IMG/VR virus record: IMGVR_UViG_2654588181_000001
Length of the DNA stretch: 48,351 nt
Strand: one strand, 5' to 3'
Source: a virus
Taxonomy: Duplodnaviria > Heunggongvirae > Uroviricota > Caudoviricetes
Part shown: piece after piece, positions 45,298 through 48,351 of the stretch
How positions within the stretch are numbered: position 1 is the first letter of the stretch
Layout of the letters: every line of letters starts with the position of its first letter
Program-made: the position numbers and the translations under genes
The notes under the pieces: generated by a model
Seen by the model: the letters and a program-made list of their open reading frames with translations, nothing else
Database searches by the model: none
What the model was told of the DNA's origin: nothing

Positions 45298-46297
45298 CAA
45301 GGCTGGTAACGCCGTGCAAAAGACAGGCGATACCTTGTCCGGTGGACTTACTTTTGAAAACGACTCAATTCTTGCATGGATTCGAAATACCGACTGGGCA
45401 AAGATTGGATTTAAAAATGATGCCGACAGCGATACTGATTCATACATGTGGTTTGAAACAGGCGACAACGGCAATGAATATTTCAAATGGAGAAGCAAAC
45501 AAAGCACCACAACAAAAGACCTGATGAATCTTAAATGGGATGCTTTGTCTGTTCTTGTTAAAGCCCTTTTCAGCAGTGAAGTAAAAATATCGACAGTCAA
45601 TGCACTGAGGATATTTAATTCATCTTTTGGTGCCATTTTTCGTCGTTCTGAAGAATGCCTGCATATCATCCCTACACGAGAGAATGAGGGGGAAAATGGT
45701 GATATAGGGCCACTACGCCCCTTTACGCTTAATCTCAGAACAGGTCGCATAACTATGGGGCATGGTCTGGATGTTACAGGAGATATATTTACAAACCGTT
45801 TTTTAATTAACAGCAGTACAGGCATGTGGATTCATATGCGTGACCAGAACGTTATTATGGGACGTAATGCGGTATCCACTGATGGTGCTCAGGCATTGCT
45901 TCGTCAGGACCATGCCGACCGCAAGTTCATGATAGGTGGATTGGGAAATAAGCAATTTGGCATCTACATGATTAATAACTCAAGGACAGCCAATGGCACC
46001 GATGGTCAGGCGTACATGGATAATAACGGGAATTGGCTTTGCGGCTCGCAAGTTATTCCCGGCAACTATGGCAATTTTGATTCCAGATATGTGAAAGATG
46101 TTCGACTTGGTTCACAGCAATATTATGGAGTGAACAACTGGCAAACATGGAATTTCCAGTGCCCGTCAGGTCATGTATTGTCTGGTATTAATGTTCAGGA
46201 TACAGGGTCCAACTCTGCCGATAATATAGCGGGCGTTTATTACAGACCCGTTCAAAAGTATATAAATGGCACCTGGTATAATGTAGCGAGCGTTTAA
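45273..46297 (+). CDS. alternative tail-fibre C-terminal cassette (silent in this orientation)
   Basis: Open frame through the left repeat (…[25 protein letters not shown]…) with no upstream start; becomes fused to the constant part after inversion. Confidence 0.7.
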
Positions 46298-46298
46298 T

Positions 46299-46826
46299 AT
46301 GATGCACTTAAAGAACATAAAAGCGGGTAACGCTAAAACACTGGAACAGTATGAGTTAACAAAGAAACACGGAGTTATCTGGCTTTACTCTGAGGACGGA
46401 AAAAACTGGTATGAGGAAGTGAAAAACTTTCAGCCAGACACAATAAAGATTGTTTACGATGCAAATAATATTATTGTCGCCATCACTAAAGATGCCTCCA
46501 CGCTTAACCCTGAAGGTTTTAGCGTCGTTGAGATTCCCGATATAACAGCCAATCGTCGTGCCGATGATTCAGGAAAGTGGATGTTTAAGGATGGAGCTGT
46601 AGTTAAACGGATTTATACGGCAGACGAACAGCAACAACAGGCCGAATCACAAAAGGCTGCGTTACTTTCCGAAGCTGAATCAGTCATCCAGCCGCTGGAA
46701 CGTGCTGTCAGGCTGAATATGGCAACAGACGAGGAACGCACACGACTGGAAGCATGGGAACGCTACAGTGTTCTGGTCAGCCGTGTGGATACGGCAAAGC
46801 CAGAATGGCCACAAAAACCAGAGTAA
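46299..46826 (+). CDS. tail fibre assembly chaperone (silent-orientation copy)
   Basis: 175-aa [17 protein letters not shown]...; paralog of 46854..47387. Confidence 0.75.
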   Translation: MMHLKNIKAGNAKTLEQYELTKKHGVIWLYSEDGKNWYEEVKNFQPDTIKIVYDANNIIVAITKDASTLNPEGFSVVEIPDITANRRADDSGKWMFKDGAVVKRIYTADEQQQQAESQKAALLSEAESVIQPLERAVRLNMATDEERTRLEAWERYSVLVSRVDTAKPEWPQKPE

Positions 46827-46853
46827 AATTAAGGCCCGATAGCGGGCCTTCTC

Positions 46854-47387
46854 TCATTCTGGTTGTTCGGGAAACGTTACTGGCAGGCTGGAGGTGTCTG
46901 TAGATTCGACTTTCTGCGCATAGAGCATCCACTCGGTTAATTTTTGTTTATTCTCGTCGGAAATGATGCCCAGCCGTAACTGTGAGTCCCATAGCTGGGT
47001 TTTATCCCTGACGAGCTGTAGCAAGCTTTGCTTTTCATTTTCCACCTGTTGCCGCTGCTCTTCCTCGGTATAAGTTCGCTTTATCACTACGCCATCTTTG
47101 AACATCCATTTACCCGAAATATCAGCCCGGCGATTTGCTGTAATATCAGGTAATTCAACGACGCTTGCGCCTTCTGGATTAATTGCTGAAACATCCTTTT
47201 CAATACAAATAATAACGCCGTTGTGGTCATAGACCATTTTCAACGTATCAGGCTGAAAGTTCTTTTGTTCCTCATACCAGTTTTTCCCATCCTCTGTATA
47301 AAGCCATTTGATGTTAAATTGTTTCGTTAGCTGGTATTGCTCTTTTGTTTTAGGGTTGCCAGCAGTAATATTTTTTAAGTGCATCAT
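46854..47387 (-). CDS. tail fibre assembly chaperone (expressed-orientation copy)
   Basis: 177-aa ORF MMHLKNITAGNPKT...; directly follows fibre C-terminal cassette. Confidence 0.75.
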   Translation of the reverse strand: MMHLKNITAGNPKTKEQYQLTKQFNIKWLYTEDGKNWYEEQKNFQPDTLKMVYDHNGVIICIEKDVSAINPEGASVVELPDITANRRADISGKWMFKDGVVIKRTYTEEEQRQQVENEKQSLLQLVRDKTQLWDSQLRLGIISDENKQKLTEWMLYAQKVESTDTSSLPVTFPEQPE

Positions 47388-47389
47388 AA

Positions 47390-48351
47390 TTAAATACTCC
47401 CCGCGTTATACCACGTTCCATTAATGCAATACTGAATTGGCCTTGCCTGAGTTGTATCAATTAATTCATCACGGTTTCCGTTAACTGACCCCGTAACGAC
47501 ATAACCTGACCTGTCAGACCAGCCGGGACCATTCCATGTCTGAACAGATGACAGACCGCCAAGACGAATACCTGTAATAAACCTTGAGTTACATTCTGCC
47601 TGCGTGTATGCACCAACATCTCCCGCAGAGGGTTTGCGGGTTGTGGTGTAAAACTCTGACCAGTCAGCTTCAAAGCCATAACCATCACGCGCTGAACGAT
47701 AAAAGATACCGCCATTTCTGTAATTCACGCGGAACTGTACAGCAGGGCTGCTCCCCGTATTCATATTGAAGTGGAGGATTAATGTCGATGCGCCACCAAT
47801 ATTTGCGTTATAGACCCCGCTATTCCAGTTCCAGCCAACAGCTTTATCATTTCCGACAGTGCTTCCTGTTTGCCCTAAAGCAAATGCAGGCTGCTGGTTT
47901 TTCGTGTTGTAGTCTCGTCGCCAGCCAGGAGCATAAGCATCACCATGATTAATATAGGTGAATTGAGCGTTAGTAATTCCGCCGCCGCTGGACGTACTCG
48001 GCGTAGTAACGCGTATGGTCATTGCGCCGCGAGTGCCAATAACTTCCACCACAGCACCTGCAAGACAAATATTTCCGCAACCTGTATCTGTAATGACCTT
48101 ATTATTTGCATAAGCCCATGAGCCTTTGCACATCCAGTAAGGATGGTTAAATGCCCCCTGACTCTCCAGCCACGAAATAAATTGCGCAGTTGTCCAGACC
48201 TGACTATCGCCACCAATATCCACCCATGCGCTATATGCGCGACAGGCCCCAATATTTTTGGTGAAGGTATCTTTTCCCGGAATATCTGCGCCGTTCTGGT
48301 TTTTCTGTAATGCGCCAGAAGCCTGATTTACCGTTTCCTGTAAACCGAGGT
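47390..48351 (-). CDS. tail-fibre variable C-terminal part (in frame with constant part at 1..1361 across the junction)
   Basis: Minus-strand frame open from 48351: [18 protein letters not shown]...; Gly-rich distal domain ending INGTWYNAGSI. Confidence 0.8.
   Translation of the reverse strand, partial: LGLQETVNQASGALQKNQNGADIPGKDTFTKNIGACRAYSAWVDIGGDSQVWTTAQFISWLESQGAFNHPYWMCKGSWAYANNKVITDTGCGNICLAGAVVEVIGTRGAMTIRVTTPSTSSGGGITNAQFTYINHGDAYAPGWRRDYNTKNQQPAFALGQTGSTVGNDKAVGWNWNSGVYNANIGGASTLILHFNMNTGSSPAVQFRVNYRNGGIFYRSARDGYGFEADWSEFYTTTRKPSAGDVGAYTQAECNSRFITGIRLGGLSSVQTWNGPGWSDRSGYVVTGSVNGNRDELIDTTQARPIQYCINGTWYNAGSI
48327..48351. repeat. inversion crossover site, right inverted repeat (identical to 1..25)
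   Basis: TTTACCGTTTCCTGTAAACCGAGGT; core resembles gix/cix-type sites as recalled. Confidence 0.8.

Larger units (their letters stand above)
45273..48351. other. invertible tail-fibre host-range segment (Mu G / P1 C-segment-like)
   Basis: Two opposed fibre C-terminal cassettes plus two assembly chaperones bounded by 25-bp inverted repeats, invertase adjacent. Confidence 0.8.

Noticed and set aside
1-48351. Search for a CRISPR array, integrase/attachment site, or a known multi-gene defence system
   Set aside because: No regularly spaced direct repeats with unique spacers, no tyrosine or large-serine recombinase ORF (the only recombinase is the small fibre invertase), and no ORF with recognisable nuclease-helicase or cyclase architecture. 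The accessory content instead appears to be regulatory cassettes, methyltransferases and small unknown genes.

Overview
This window reads as a complete, mosaic temperate-phage genome of about 48.3 kb that is probably maintained as a circular phage-plasmid. The first 25 bp are identical to the last 25 bp, and a minus-strand tail-fibre ORF runs off position 1 and continues in frame at the window end. The minus strand from about 28000 down to 1 carries a lysis cassette, a tRNA (anticodon CAU), two methyltransferases with three ParB-like domain genes, a lambda-like packaging and head module, and a P2/Mu-like contractile tail with a programmed -1 frameshift chaperone. The tail-fibre gene ends in a Mu G-segment-like invertible region (45273..48351) with 25-bp inverted repeats, two alternative fibre C-termini, two assembly chaperones and a serine invertase. 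The remainder is a lysogeny and plasmid-maintenance region: an autocleavable CI-like repressor with ACCAC-N5-GTGGT operators, a Cro-like early operon, a ParA/RHH partition pair, an antirepressor operon with a structured leader, a HigB/HigA-like toxin-antitoxin pair, and an IncFII-type RepA replicon with a DnaA box and a candidate countertranscript RNA. No integrase was found. The most unusual regulatory signals are a ~115-bp promoter-leader cassette present three times in front of unrelated genes, a GGAAA-N3-TTTCC operator shared between those cassettes and the promoter of a small HTH gene, and a 10-bp AT palindrome (TATAATTATA) found at six intergenic sites (two more near-copies). All protein family calls rest on motif recognition by eye and memory, not on database searches.
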